64,000 nt of DNA, taken from assembly GCF_009914755.1 (NCBI RefSeq), contig NC_060947.1, one strand, 5' to 3'. The first letter of the stretch is position 1. Each line of letters opens with the position of its first letter. The notes below the pieces were generated by a model. It saw only the letters and a program-made list of their open reading frames with translations. It was not told the DNA's origin and did not search any database. The position numbers and the translations under genes were made by a program. Positions 45,044-59,460 of this stretch are shown piece after piece. The stretch is from the human T2T-CHM13v2.0 reference genome, Homo sapiens.

Positions 45044-46756
45044 TCAAATATCTTTTTCTACATCAATTTAGGGATTACTCATTTTGAATCACAATAATCT
45101 CTATTTACCAAACAACAAAAGGAAGCTTTCAAATTTGAACTTCAAATAAATGAGCTCAGGATAAATTACAGGCAAACACTACTAACTTCCTATCATTGGT
45201 ATATTCAAAAGTTAAATGAAAATTCCACTGCAAATTAAAGAATAGTAAATGGGACTCATTAATAATATCCTAGTTGTACTCTTCCATCCATATCTTAAAG
45301 TGTTTAATAATCTATTAATCTATACTTGCACCAGAACTATTATTTCACAATATAAAGTATCTCAGAGTCAAGAGACTTTCCTAAATATGATAATAAAAAA
45401 GAAAGAAATGTTGGCACTATGAAAACCTGCTGTTAGTCTTACCCACAAGATCCTTTATATTTAAACCAATAAGCTTGCCAACCTGTGGCAAATGAGAGCA
45501 TTCATGCTGGCCAAAAGTAAAGCAAGCGTATTTCCATTCAAATGAATGAATCTCTACCAATACCCAACATCTCAAATTCAGAAATATATATATATATATA
45601 TATGTATACACACATACATATCTACTTCTACAGCAGGAATTTCTGGCATGATCCTAGTAAAATTTTTAAAAGTCTAAAGAACTTCTTTATAATGGCCATT
45701 TTTATTTTCACCGGCCAAACACTCTGCTGGAGATGCAATAAGATGATACCATCTGAAAGAAAAATATCTCTCCACCGATCAGTGAATTAAGATCTCATGA
45801 GGTTTAGGTATCGTTTTTCTCCATCTAGGTCCTATAATCCATGGCCTAAAATTGGCTTTCACCAGAATATAGGTCCTACCACCGCCAGGGGTCAAGGCAG
45901 CATCTGTGAATCAGACACCATTAACACCATCTTCTGGAGAACACCTGACTTGTTTGAACGTTATGTAATCGTTACTCACCTGTCTTTAAAACCAGGAAAG
46001 GATGTTACACGATCTCTTCATGGTACCGTGGGGTGAGGAAAAAGTAAAGATAAAAAATAACACCATCTCACAAATCTTGGGTTCTGGTAAATCAGATATG
46101 TTCTAAAGAGAAGGCTATGAAACAGTTGAGTTTGAAAAAAAAAATGAGGCATTACAAGGCCATTGATTTCATTAAAAGTCCATGAGTCGTTTTAAAACTT
46201 GAGATATATTTGAATAAGACCCTTTTTTAAAACCTGCATTAATCTTTGATTTTAATTTTTAGGAACCTCCATTTTCACATGGCACATGCCCAAATTGCAA
46301 TTCCAAGGCAGAGCATTAATGAGCATTTGTAATCAGATTTAATCACAGAGGGAAAAGACAGAAAGAATATCCAAGGTAAAAGGTTTTGCTTTATATTTAT
46401 AGCCTGTAATTTAAGAAGGAAGTGTGAAATATAGCTTTGCGTATTGCTGGAGCAAAAGCACAAGTTTTGTGGCCAACGGGGAAAAACGCTTTTACTCCTT
46501 GTCAAACTGATGGAGAAGTTTTAAAGGCTCAGGAAATAAACTTTCAGATACTGCATGACTACATTATTTGGAAGCAAAGAGGATGCAAGAAGGAGATGAA
46601 GAATCCCAGACTGTCCTTAGATCTTCTTGCCAGAGTGTGGCCTAGTAAGGAGAAAGCCAGGTGGCATCCTGAATACATTGGTTGTACACACATGTGTAGT
46701 GTAAATATCTGAAACACCTATATTCATACATATATATTGCAATAATGATGTGTTGG

Positions 46757-47172
46757 GTGGAGTGGGTTGCGTAATATCCTCCAAAAATACATGTCCACCT
46801 GGAAACTCAGAATGTGACCCTATTTGAAAATAGGGTCTTTGCAGATATAATTAGTTAAGGATCTGCAGATAAAATTATCCTGAATTGAGGGTATAACCCT
46901 AAATCCAATGACTGGTATCTTTATAAGAAAAGGAGACGACACATACAATAGAGGGAAGACAGCCTTGGGAAGATAGAGACAAACACCGAGGCCACCAGAG
47001 CTGAAAAGGCAAGAAAGGATCTTTTTCTGGAACCACCCAGGGAAAGGCAGCCCTGCCAACACGTTTATTTTGAACATCTGGTTTCCCAAACTATGAGAAA
47101 GAGTAAATTTCTCTCTTTTAAAGCCATCACATTTGTGGTCATTTGTTATGGCCGCTCTAGAAAACTAATACA
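46757..47172 (+). mobile_element. MLT1B/C MaLR solo LTR
   Basis: cagaatgtgaccctatttgaaaatagggtctttgcagat..cctaaatccaatgactgg..aaactaataca. Confidence 0.88.
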
Positions 47173-47799
47173 TGGAGATTACAGGATCATTTAGAAAATG
47201 TGCCAGCCAATTGCAAAATTCAGCAGAACTCTTAGAAAACCATGGTTTATGGTCTTTTCATAATGAGACATTTAAAATACCCATGGAAAGACCTAAAGAA
47301 AAAAAAATTCTACCGTAGAGCTCTACTGTTTTGCTTTTATAATTCTCAAAATCTGTTAAAAATATAAAGATATGTAGATTTTTCTAAACTACAGGTTTCA
47401 ATTCAAGATCAAATGCATGCCACAAATATAAAATATCTCCATTCCAGCTAACCTATGTGTAATGAATTATGATACAGGTATACATAGATATTTCGGGGAA
47501 CATGGAATCTCCAGTGTTTGTGAAAAAGAAACAGCTGCTGAGTGTAAACAGTGGAAATAAACACGGTTTACATGAAACTGGGCATTCACTGATTTTGAGA
47601 ATCAGTTCACTCAAACTAAAAAAAAAAAAAAAATGAGTAAATAGATTCACTCCTTTTTTAATTAGCTTGCATTTTGCAATTTGGAGTCAAAAACCCTGCA
47701 ACGGCTAATCATTCAGAAACTGCTTATTGTCCGGTAGACACTAGGGAGAAAGGTAGTATGAGCTATGACCACAGCCGTCAAGGACCTCAGAAACTGGTG

Positions 47800-48090
47800 T
47801 CAGGAAGCACACCTATAATCCCAGCATTTTGGGAGGCTGAGGCCGGTGGATCACTTGAGCCTAGGGGTTCACGACCAGCCTGGGCAACATGGTGAAACCC
47901 CCTCTGTAAACAAATATAAAACTTAGCTGGGCGTGGTGGTGCATGTCTGTAGTCCCAGCTTCTCAGGAGGGTGAGATAGGAGGATCAATTGACCCAAGAG
48001 GCTGGGACTTCAGTGAGCTATGATTATGACACTGCACTCCAACCTATCTGAGAGAGCAAAACCTCATCTCTAAAATAAAATAAGAATAAA
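47800..48090 (+). mobile_element. AluJ
   Basis: Diverged dimeric Alu. Confidence 0.88.
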
Positions 48091-48113
48091 TCAATTTTAA
48101 AAAGTGAACATCC

Positions 48114-48739
<626 letters not shown>

Positions 48740-49019
48740 GATACCAAGTAAGGAATGTTTTTCGTGAAGGAGAGAGTCATCGAGAACTCTAAATGTTCTG
48801 GAAAATCAAAATCAAAATTCAAAATTTTCCAGAAAATCGAACCCTGAGAGTGCAGAGTGGAAGGCATTAATGGAACTGATAAGTAGTTTCATGGAGTAGA
48901 AGAGCTAAATTCTGATCGAAATGCCTTTTATTTCTTGGGTGGATTATGCAACAACCTTCTAACCTAATGCCCCTTTACATAGACAGCCATTTCCTTTCTC
49001 ACTAAGAACAATACACTAG

Positions 49020-49517
49020 TCCTTTAAAGGCATATAAAATGTGGCTCATGCTGACATCTCTGAAATCAGGTGCTACTATCCCCTTCACCACTACTTTCCA
49101 GCTGCACTGATATTCTCAGGGACTCTGTGGCCACAGGGCCTTTGCACTGGATCTTTCCTTAGCCCAAGATGCTGTTCCTCCAGGTAACTGTATGGATCAC
49201 TCCCTCACATCAGTTTTGCCTTATCTGTGAAACTTTCCATAACCACCTTAGTCAAAATTTTGGCACAAAATTTCTAATTTAGCACCCTTCTCTACTAAAT
49301 ATTTCTCCATAGCACTTGTGATATCATATTCTACTGTGTATTTTACGATACTTGTCTGTCGTTGTTTTTTCCCCTACTGGATAGAAATGCTGTAGGATTG
49401 GGGATTTTTTCTCTGTTTTGTTTGCTACTCCATTTTCAATGGAAGTTGTTATACCATGTGTCAAACAGCAGGTTGTCAATATCTGTTTCTTGAATGAAAG
49501 AAGAATGAATGAATGAA
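49020..49517 (+). mobile_element. L2 3' end
   Basis: cagggcctttgcactgg..catagcact..(tgaa)n terminus. Confidence 0.75.
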
Positions 49518-50129
49518 AACCACTACTACATCTTCCTTGGCAAAGCTAGTTTTGTATATATAGAAAAAACATTTTAACTTCACTTAAACTAGAAACTCTA
49601 TCTCACTCTCTCTCTCTCTGTCTCCCTCTCTTTCTCTTATTATTACTAGTATTTTTTTAAATCCAGGGCTCATTACAAAACCTTGTAAGGAACGGAGGGA
49701 TGCCTTGTCCATTTTCTATTGACAGTTATAAAGAGTTATATGCCTCATAGTCAATGAATAAATTTGCACTGCACTTTGGTCAATGATGCCTTCCCCCAAT
49801 AGACTGATCAAGTCCTGCCTTACTCAGCATTTACATTCCTGAGTCAGCAATTGACAGAATCAAATCCCCAGTCATGGTGAACTGATTGAAACGAACCCTT
49901 CTTCACAGACACATTGATGGCACTCTATCCTAATACCCTTTATCTGTCCCGGCATCCTTATATTGTCTCCATACAATGATGAGACAGCCACAAGGGACGG
50001 GATAGCAGTGGACTGTCACGATAACCATGGGACTTGTGAGATATAGTAAGTGGACAAGCCTGCTTAAACATATATGAGTCAATATTCAGAGTCATTGGTC
50101 AATGAGGCTGAAGATTATGTTTTCAGAAA

Positions 50130-51340
50130 CATGAGTAATAAGAATGTGCCATCAAGAAAGTGGAGGTGGAAGACACAGAATGGGAGTGTTTGTGAATCCC
50201 ACATGTGGTAAGGAACATGTATCCACATTATACTACTTAAAAGTACCCCTCCTAAACCTCAGTAATGAAAAGATAATCCAATTAAAATAGGCAAAGGATC
50301 TGAATAGATATTTTTCCAAAGGATTTACACACATGTCCAATAAGCACATGAATAGGTGTTCAACATCATTAGTCATCAGGAAAAATGCATTCTCATTCTC
50401 TGCCACCTTGCATCCAATCCATCAGCAAATCCTGTTGCATCTGTAAGACACGCAGAACAACCTCTTCTTTTTTATTTTCTTTGCATTCTCACTGGTACTG
50501 CCCTGGTTTAAGCTGGTATCATTTCTTGAGTAGATTACCTCTTGCCTACTTTTTGGGGATGTAGGAGAGAAGAGATACGGGACTTCTTTTTGGAATGATG
50601 TAAATATTCAAAAATAAACCCCCAAACATGATATCACTTTACACCCATTAGGATGGCTATAATTAAAAAGACAGATGAGAACAAGTGTGAGTGAGGATGT
50701 GGAGAAGTTAAAACTTTTGTGCATTGATGGTGAAAATGTAAAATGGTACACCTATTTTGGAAAATAATTTGAAAGATTCTCAAATATTTAAACACAGAGT
50801 TCATGATATGACCTATCGATTCGGCTCCTATATCCCCAATCAAGAAAAATGAAATATATGTCCATACAAAAACTTGCACATGAACGTTCATGGCACAATT
50901 ATTGAGAACAGCCAGAAACTGGAAATGATCCCAATGTCTAGCAACAGATGGATGGATAAACAAAGTGTGGTATATCCATAAAATGAAATATTACCGAACC
51001 ATAAAAAATAAAAGAGTAGAGATGCATGCTACAACATGGATGAGCCTCAAAAACATTAAGGGAATGAAGTCAGACACACAAAAAAGCATGTATTATATGA
51101 TTTAATTTACATGAAATGCCCCCAAAAGGCAAATCTATATAGACAGGTAGATAGTTAGTGGAAGCCTATCTCCTGGGGACCTGGGAGAGAAGAGGTATGG
51201 GATTTCTCTTTGGAATGACGTCAATGTTCAAAAATTAGATGGTGTTGCTGGTGTCACAATGTTGTGCATATACTAAAGGCCGTTGAATTGCACACTTCAA
51301 ACGTGCACGCTGGATGTAAGTTGTTTCAAATAAAGGAAGG
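50130..51340 (+). mobile_element. L1MB/L1MC 3' portion with an internal foreign insertion
   Basis: ggcaaaggatctgaatagata, acacccattaggatggctataat, gtggtatatccata, catgctacaacatggatga. Confidence 0.85.
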
Positions 51341-51803
51341 AGACAATGAAAAATAGGAGTTGGAGATAAGCTCAACGGGTCACTTACATGGTAAGGATCA
51401 CAAGAAGATTAAGAAACATGAAGATGTATCAAAAGCCATTAAAAGTATCAGAAGTGCCAGAGAAAATGCTTACGACATTTCTGTGGCCCTCAAGAGAATA
51501 GTTCTGATGAAATATGATTGAAAAGAAGAAAGCTACTCATTTCTTTCAAGATGAGAAATGCTAAGCATGTTTTAAACAAAGAGGAATGAAGAAGGATGAA
51601 TGCTATTCCTAAGTAATCTTGTAAGTTCATGCTTAGAAGGAAAAATTAAACAGCAATGAAGGAAAAAGATACCTAGAGGTTCGCAATATATTGAACACAG
51701 GCATTTTGGTGGGGTAGCCTCCATGTGTTCAAAAGCACAGGATGGATTTATAATAATGTGTTTATTCTACCCACCTGTTTAAGACTATAGCCAAATTATT
51801 ACA

Positions 51804-52240
51804 CAGACATTCCCGGACTTACAATGGTTTGATTTATGATTTTTGATCTTAAGATGATACAAAAATGATATTCAGTCAGTAGAAATCATATTTTGAATTT
51901 TGATATATTCCCAAGCTAGCAATATGCAGTACCATAGTCTCTTTGGATGCCAGGCAGCGGTCTGTAGCTCCCAGTCAGCCACACAATCACAAGGGCAAAC
52001 AACTGCTACTCTGCAGTGTACATGAAACATTCAACACTTTATTTATAAAATAGGATTTGTGTTAGATGATGTCACCCAACTCTAGGCTAATGTAAGTGTT
52101 ATAAGTATGTTCAATGTCAGCCAAGCTAAGCTATGATGTTTGGTAGGTTAGATGTATTGATGCATTTTCAACTAATGACATCTTACATTTACAACAGGTT
52201 TATTGGGATATAATCCCACTGTGAATCAAGGAACATATTT
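51804..52240 (+). mobile_element. MER47-like (Tigger5-derived) DNA transposon
   Basis: gacttacaatggtttgattta..ctcccagtcagccac..taggctaatgtaagtgtt..ctaagctatgatgtttggtaggtta. Confidence 0.75.
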
Positions 52241-52472
52241 TATATATGTATACATACACATTAGCATGTATACATATATAGACACATATATATACACACA
52301 TATAGATCTGTGTGTGCATCACAAGGGCAAACAACTGATACATGTATATGTATACACACATATGTATGTATGTACACATATATGTATGTATACACACATA
52401 GATTATACACACCCATATGCACCCACACCCACATATATACACATATATGCGCTATATATGTGTATATATATG
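52241..52472. repeat. (TA/CA/TG) low-complexity tract
   Basis: Directly visible. Confidence 0.9.
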
Positions 52473-52714
52473 TTTACCACCAAGTATCTAAGACCAACTG
52501 GGACATCTAAACAGATACTGGAATATTTTAGTAAAGAGGCAGACACTACTTTAAACCTTACCAAATATTTCTTAAAACAAACAGGAAATAGTTTATCATT
52601 CCAAAATGTTCTCCCAACACCAGTGCAAAGCTTAGTTTTCTTGTGTACAAATCGTAGTGTTTCTCTGTGAGATCATGTTATGCCTGTCTACACTGAAATG
52701 ATGTTTTTTTGTTG

Positions 52715-52840
52715 TTCTTTTTAATGTTTAAAGATGGGTTCTCACTATGTTGCCCAGGCTGCTCTTGAACTCCTAAGCTCCAAAGATCGTCAGCCTCGCG
52801 AGTAGCTGAGACTACAGGCATGCAACACTGCACCCAGTGC
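52715..52840 (-). mobile_element. Alu monomer (FLAM-like)
   Basis: ctcactatgttgcccaggct..gagtagctgagactacaggcatg. Confidence 0.8.
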
Positions 52841-53571
52841 TGAAATGCTTATCATTATGTGTTTATCATACCTGCCTGTTTATGATTTACAATGATGTGT
52901 TGATTTTACCCATCTGTTTATGACTACAGCCCTATAACTGGACACAGCCTTCTCTCTATAACATCTGAGCCTCTAATAAATGCCACTATACTTAACACAG
53001 TGAAAATCAGTGCATACAATCTCAAATAATTAACCGAATCAACACAGACTTTCTAGTGACTTATCTTCATAAAGGCCCTAGCTCATTGAAGCAATGTTGC
53101 GTTGAGCATTCTAAAATATTCCTGACTTTTTACACTGAAAATTAAACACTTCATTCAAAAAAGCGATTATTATTATTTTTAGTCCAAGGATAAAGTATCT
53201 TAAGAATATGGCTGGACGTGCCAATCAATATGTTACAATTTTATTTGAAACATATATTTATATCGCTAAATGCAGGGTGTACCTGCCATAATTTGGTTAT
53301 AATTTAGTCCCTAGGAAATTTACTTTGCACCTGTATGTTTCATCCCCTAGGGTTCATTTCCATAAAGCTAATGACTTATTAACGTTGGAATGGACAAAAA
53401 TAAGACAATTATACTAGAACACAACACATCTGTCTTTGTATCACTGCTGTCATGCATGTACATATGTGCATATTCATGCTTCTTGTAGAATTGCCTGTGC
53501 TATTACAGGCGGGTAGGCAAATGTCAGGGGAAAAAAAGCTGCAGGCCAGAATATGTGTAGTAGTCTTACAT

Positions 53572-53661
53572 TTTTTTAAACTTTATGGGTACATAGTAAG
53601 TGTATACATTTGTGGGGTACTTGAGATGTTTTGGTACAGGCATGCAGTGCATAATAATCAC
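53572..53661 (-). mobile_element. Short L1MA 3'-end fragment
   Basis: tttatgggtacatagta..ggggtacttgagatgttttggtacaggcatgca..taataatcac. Confidence 0.7.
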
Positions 53662-54339
53662 GTAGTCTTTAAACATCCCGCTCAGATTGCCTTTTAGAGA
53701 TTTTTCCATTATCCTACTCGAAAGGACTAATTTCCTTGAATATATGTAGATACTGACAGAATTATCACCAGAACCCTAATTCCAATGTACTTGAATTTGG
53801 CTCTCAATTTCAATGCTTCTCCCTGGAACTTTCCATCATCCCTTGGGATACTCATCATACTCTTATTTTCATTTAAAGCACAACTTATGTCCTTCTGTCC
53901 CCAAGGAGAAAGAGGGCACGTCAACCTCATCAACTAAAAATCATCAACCTTTCACATACTGGATGAGAAGCAAAATGAAGAAAACAGGCTGAAGAGAGAA
54001 AGGGATGGTGTCTTTTAGAAGTAATAATCTTAAGAGACTGTTTTGAATGTAAAACTTTCAAAGACAGAACATTTTTAAGGCATATTCTCTGTGACTACTA
54101 ACTCATGCTTAAATGACATTATATAATCAATTAACTGGGAATTATATATTGATGGAATAGATTCTTCTGTGATTTCTGTTTGAATATTTTGATTTCTAAA
54201 TATGGTTATGCATGTAAAAATAAAATTTCAGCTTCTTTAAAGAAATCCTGAATCATTTATAAATAGATCAAGGAGAGTCTCCATAGCATGACAGATGCCG
54301 GATGATAATTTTGTGTATTTGGGATTGGAAAAAAGAAGT

Positions 54340-54960
54340 CTTTGAAGAGAAATCTGCACTCCCATGTTCATTGCAGCACTAATCACAACAGCTGAAATAC
54401 GGAATCAACCTGAATGTCCATCATTAGATGAATGAATAAAGAAAATGGGGTTTATACACACAAGGGACTATTATTCTACCTCAAAAAAAAGGAAAGAAGT
54501 TGTGTCATTTGGGACTACATGGATGAACCAGAGGACATTATGTTAAGTGATACAAGCCAGACACAGAAAGACAAATATCACATGTTCTTACTTATATGTG
54601 GAATCTAAAAAAAAGTCAAGCTTACAGAAGCAGAGAGTAGAATGTTCTCTTACAGAACTTGAAGCTGGAGGTGGAGAGGAAACGGGAGATGTTGGCCAAA
54701 GGTTACAAAGTTTCAGTTGGCAGGAAAAAGTTCAAAAGATCTGTTCAATATGGCAAACAAAGTTGAATCACAAGGAATTGAATATTTGAACATCTCTAAG
54801 AAAGTAGATTTTAAGTGTTTGCACCAGAAAAATAAGCATTTGAAGTAATGCACTTGTGAATTAGCTCGATTTAGCCATTTCTCAATGGATACATATTTCA
54901 AAACATCACTTTGTACATGATCAATATATTCAATTTTTATTTGATGATTAAATGAATACA
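54340..54960 (+). mobile_element. L1MA (older) 3' end
   Basis: atctgcactcccatgttcattgcagcact..agtagattttaagtgtt..tatttcaaaacatca. Confidence 0.85.
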
Positions 54961-55039
54961 TTAGGGAAAAAAGCACAAAATAAAAAAAATTCTTTTCTAC
55001 CTTGTCTCCACTCCCTCCCTTGATTTTCTTTTGAGTCTT

Positions 55040-55220
55040 TTTTAAAAATTTGAGACAGGATTTCACTCTGTTGCTGAGACTGGAGTGCAATCACAGCACA
55101 CTGCAGCCTCGAACTCCTAGGCTCAAGCAATCCTCCTGCCTCAGCTTTTCAAGTAGCTGAGACACCAGGCATACATCACCACATCTGGCTAATTTTTTCT
55201 TTTTCCTTCCTTCTTTTCTT

Positions 55221-55274
<54 letters not shown>

Positions 55275-55416
55275 TCCCTCTCTCTTTCTTTCTTTCTTTC
55301 TGAGACAGGGTCTCACTAGGTTGTCCAGGCTGATCTGGAACTCCTGGCCTCAAGGAATCCTCCCACCTTGGCCTCCCACAGTGCTGGGATTACAGGTGAG
55401 AGCCACTGCACCTAGC
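55040..55416 (-). mobile_element. AluJ with a (CT)n expansion in its middle linker
   Basis: The two arms are separated by a ~105-nt pyrimidine tract at 55195-55300. Confidence 0.9.
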
Positions 55417-57682
55417 CTTCCCCTGATTTTCCTTGCCCAATAAATACCGTTCCATCTGATGTCTCGCTTGTTGTTGAGTCAGCTGAGGACGAGGGAGCCT
55501 CTTTGCTCTGCTGTTCCCATCAACTATTACATCAATGGCACCTTCCTGGTGAGAGAGTCCTTATCCCACTGCAGTCGTCCCCATCTCTGCTCCATTTGCC
55601 TCTCAGGTCCTAACGACAAAGCACTCATCCTTAATTTCCCCTGACCTTCTTCACATCCTGAATAAATCCAATGAATGCAGTGGGCATTTTGAGCCACTAG
55701 GAGGCAGAAGAGGAAAGTCCAAGCAAACGATCATTCTGAGAGCAAAAAACATGATCCTGGTTTTGTTTGCCCCACCAAAGACCTGTCCACACCTATCAAT
55801 CTGCAGCCACAACAACCATGGGATTACAGTGTTTCCAAGTGTGTATTCAATGCATGGAAACCTCATTATAAAGAAGATGATGATGAAAAACAAGACATTG
55901 TGTTGTGTTTTTTTGTTTGTTTTTTTTTTAGTTTTGCAAAGTGTCTTGGTTTTTCTTTATCTGATAATTTCTGGATTAGAGGTTGCCCTATCTTCTGCAA
56001 TGTGTTCACTCTATTGCTGTGTTATCTACTGCATGGACCCCTGCCAACTCCCCAGGCTGGCTTTACCGATAACATCTGCCACCCAGCCCACAAAGAATCT
56101 TATTCTAAAGGCTCCCATTCTTCCTTCCACCTTTTGCTACTTCCTGGGTTTGAGTGCTCACACACCATTCATCTTGTCTCAGGATTTCACTTTCTCACCC
56201 TTCTCTCATGCTTCTTTTACGTCTCTACTTTTGTTTATGTATTTCTCACTAAGTACAATGCTTAACTTTCCTTTCTCCTCATTTAACTTTTTGCAGTGTT
56301 TTGTTTTAGTAACGCCTGGGTCCTGTTTTAGACAGAGAGAGGCAATTCTTCCAGTCAAAGTAGGCCATTTACAGAAATCAAATCGGGGGAATCTGAGACA
56401 TTTTGGTTAGAGGAAGAGAAGAGAGGGATTCTAATGAAACCAGGAGACTGGCATCAAGGTGTGTTGATTCTCGAAAAAGGAAATGATGCTTTCTTTTTTA
56501 ATATATACGCTTATGAACTTTTGACTTGATACATAAGATGTGTTCCATTTATCATTTCAAATAAAATCCTTCATAAAGCATTAAAGAAAAGAAATATTGT
56601 TAGAAAAAAAGAAATAAAATAGCAAATGTACCAAAAATAGAGCAACTCCTCTAACTTCCAAAGGGGAGAAGAACATACAGGTCATTTATAAGATAGCTTG
56701 ACATTTTTCAGCAGGTGTGCTTCAGGGAAATTATAGTGACCCATTGAACTCCCACTAATGTCAGATGCATGTCACATAAATGCACACCCATGGAATTGAG
56801 GCTGTAACTCTTGGGAAGAACGTATTGGTCCTCTCTTCTAATGATTTCCAGGCTTCTTCTGTTGAGTGGAATATTACATGGCTCACACATATCACAAAAG
56901 CATAAAGGTGAGACCACTCTGGCCGATGTTGCAAGAATGCTTCAGAGCTCAGCCCACCCTCCCTCAATTTCAGAGGAAAACCCTACAAGGGACACCAGAA
57001 CAGGGAAAGTGACCACATTATTAGGCTGAGCACGTGCATATGGGTTAAGTCACCCAAATTATGACTACAAATGCTGTTTCTGCTATGCATGTTGGTTGCT
57101 TTTATATCAAACCATTTCTGTCTTATATTCAATTATGACTCCAAAGCGTCTAATAGGTTTATTCAATGAATGGTCTTAAAGAGAAAGACAACTTCAGAAG
57201 ACCATGACGCAATCTACCCTCAGATGAAAATTTTCAGGATAGCTATAATATGTGAAAGATTGTAAGAAATGCACCGAAATGATCATTTGACTCAATTTAT
57301 GCACACGACACAGCAAGCCAGCAATGACATGGGAACTGGGGGTAGGACACCAAATTTCCTGATGAAACACTAGTTCTACTGCACCGAAGAGCTTTGATGT
57401 GACAAATGCCATTGTTGTGGTTAATGCCACCATCACCGTGAACCAAAGCAAACCAGTATCGATTGAATGGAAATGAATCAGCCTTCAAGGACCCACTTTG
57501 AGGAACTTAAAAATACACTGTAAGCATCTTATCACAATTGTGTATCTTGATCAGCAGTAAGAACTTTTTTGCATAATGATAAAAGCTACATCTGATGCTA
57601 AAGTGATACTCAATTTCTTCACTCATTCCATGGTTTACTAATTCATACTTGACATTAATTAAGAAGGCTGTGGATGAGTTCT

Positions 57683-57890
57683 GAGTGGTAAGTCAGAGCT
57701 CTGGCTTCAGTTACACCCGGGTTTCAGTCCCTGCTCTGACTGCTAGAAGGTGTGATGCCATGAGTAAATCCCATTACCTCAAAGCATTCATCTCCTCATA
57801 GGTAGGACATAAGGTTAACTCTTCCAAGGGAGTTTACGAAGATTAAATGAAGTAATATCTGCCAGCCACATAGAGGCACACAATGAGTTG
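57683..57890 (+). mobile_element. MIR
   Basis: gggtttcagtccctgctctgac..gtgtga..gaagattaaatga. Confidence 0.65.
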
Positions 57891-58581
57891 ATGTTACATA
57901 GTTGGGACTCTTTTGAAGCAACAATTAATTTCAGCATACATGAAGCATGAAGTCATAGGATCACCAAAAAGGTGATAGTACCATGTGAGCTAAACGGAAA
58001 TACATATTTAAATGGAGGTAGATGAAATCCACTGCAGGTACAGACAGACTTGCACTTGGAGACAACTGGAAAGGGGAAGGAATAAATAAGTTCCAGGTAT
58101 TTCCATCAAAAAGCATGAGCAAGATGCATTCTCTTTTACATCGAAGGTCTTTGGACTATCATGAACAACAACAACAACAAAAAAACAGATTGGGGAGAAC
58201 TCAAGTTATACTAAAGTAAGGAACTAAGATGGAGAAAAGAGTATTTATTGATTCAGTAATGGCCTTACAGGGATTCAGATTTATCAGATTATCCTCTGCA
58301 GTTTCTGTCTGGAGGTGATTGTTCTGAAAGTTTATTACCTGGATTAATGTCTAATCTTCTTAGGGGTAAATGATACGTATGGATGTTGTGAGGTGAATGG
58401 GTGATAGGGCATAGGTACTCAAGTGGGTAGGTGAGACCAGGCAAATGCCCTGGCACGTACAGCTCAGCAAGGATTTTGCTGGCTTCTGGCTTCTGAGCAG
58501 ATAGGAACACCACACACCCTGGCAATGACTAATCTGAGAGGCATTGGTGAACTTGAGGTTTTCCAAATTCTTGAATATATA

Positions 58582-59217
58582 TGTCAGAGACGTTTGAACC
58601 AGAGCACCTCCATCTTGAATAAGGGCTGGGTAACGTAAGGCTGGGACCTACTGGGCTGCATTCCCAAGAAGTTAGGCATTCTTAGCCACAGGATGAGACA
58701 GGAGGTCAGCACAAGATACAGGCCACAAAGACCTTGCTGATAAAAGGATGCAGTAAAAAAAAACAGCCGAAACCCACCAAAACCAAGATGGCAACTAGAG
58801 TGATGTCTGGTCATCCTCACTACTCATTATACGCTAATTATACACTAATTACAATGCATTAGCATGCTAAAAGACCCTTCCACAAGCACCATGACAGCTT
58901 ACAAATGCCATGACAATGTCAGGAAGTTACCCTATATGGTCTAAAAAGGGGAGGAACCCTTAGTTCCAATAATTGCCACCCCTTTCCTGGAAATCTCATG
59001 AATAACCAACCCCTTGCTTAGCATATAATCAAGAAATAATCATAAAAATAGCCAACTAGCAGCCCTCGGGCTGCTCTGCTTATGGAGCAGTCATTCTTTA
59101 TTCCTTTACTTTCCTAATAAACTTACTTTCACTTTACGGATTTGCCTCCAATTCCTTCTTGCACGAGAATCAAGAACCCTCTCTTAGGGTCTGGATTAGG
59201 ATCCCTTTCTGGTAACA
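58582..59217 (+). mobile_element. MER41B solo LTR (ERV1), full length
   Basis: tgtcagagacgtttgaaccagagc..ctccatcttgaata start, ctttctggtaaca end, perfect 4-bp TSD TATA. Confidence 0.92.
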
Positions 59218-59364
59218 TATACACCTTCCTAGTGACAAGGGTGTATAGCAGAACACATAGGAAATCTGTTTATAGAAGTGCAGCTTCTTTAAAAACAAAC
59301 TGAACACCAATTCAATCAGAAGACACTTCATGTAGATATAAATAATTACTTTATAGCTATAATG

Positions 59365-59460
59365 ATACATCTCAATTTGCCTGGGACAATCCCAGTTTAT
59401 TCATAGCACATGAGCAACTCTCAAACATGTCCTGGATTGGATCATAAATTATATGGCCAA
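59365..59460. mobile_element. MER94-like fragment
   Basis: tttgcctgggacaatcccagttta..tgtcctgg..taaattatatgg. Confidence 0.5.

Noticed and set aside
55751-56410. 219-aa hydrophobic plus-strand ORF
   Set aside because: No recognisable domain. The composition reflects T-rich sequence, and it is antisense to the host intron with no promoter or splice evidence.
57194-57488. Non-repetitive stretch with several CpGs and overlapping short ORFs
   Set aside because: Too few CpGs for an island and no recognisable product. Conservation cannot be judged from this sequence alone.
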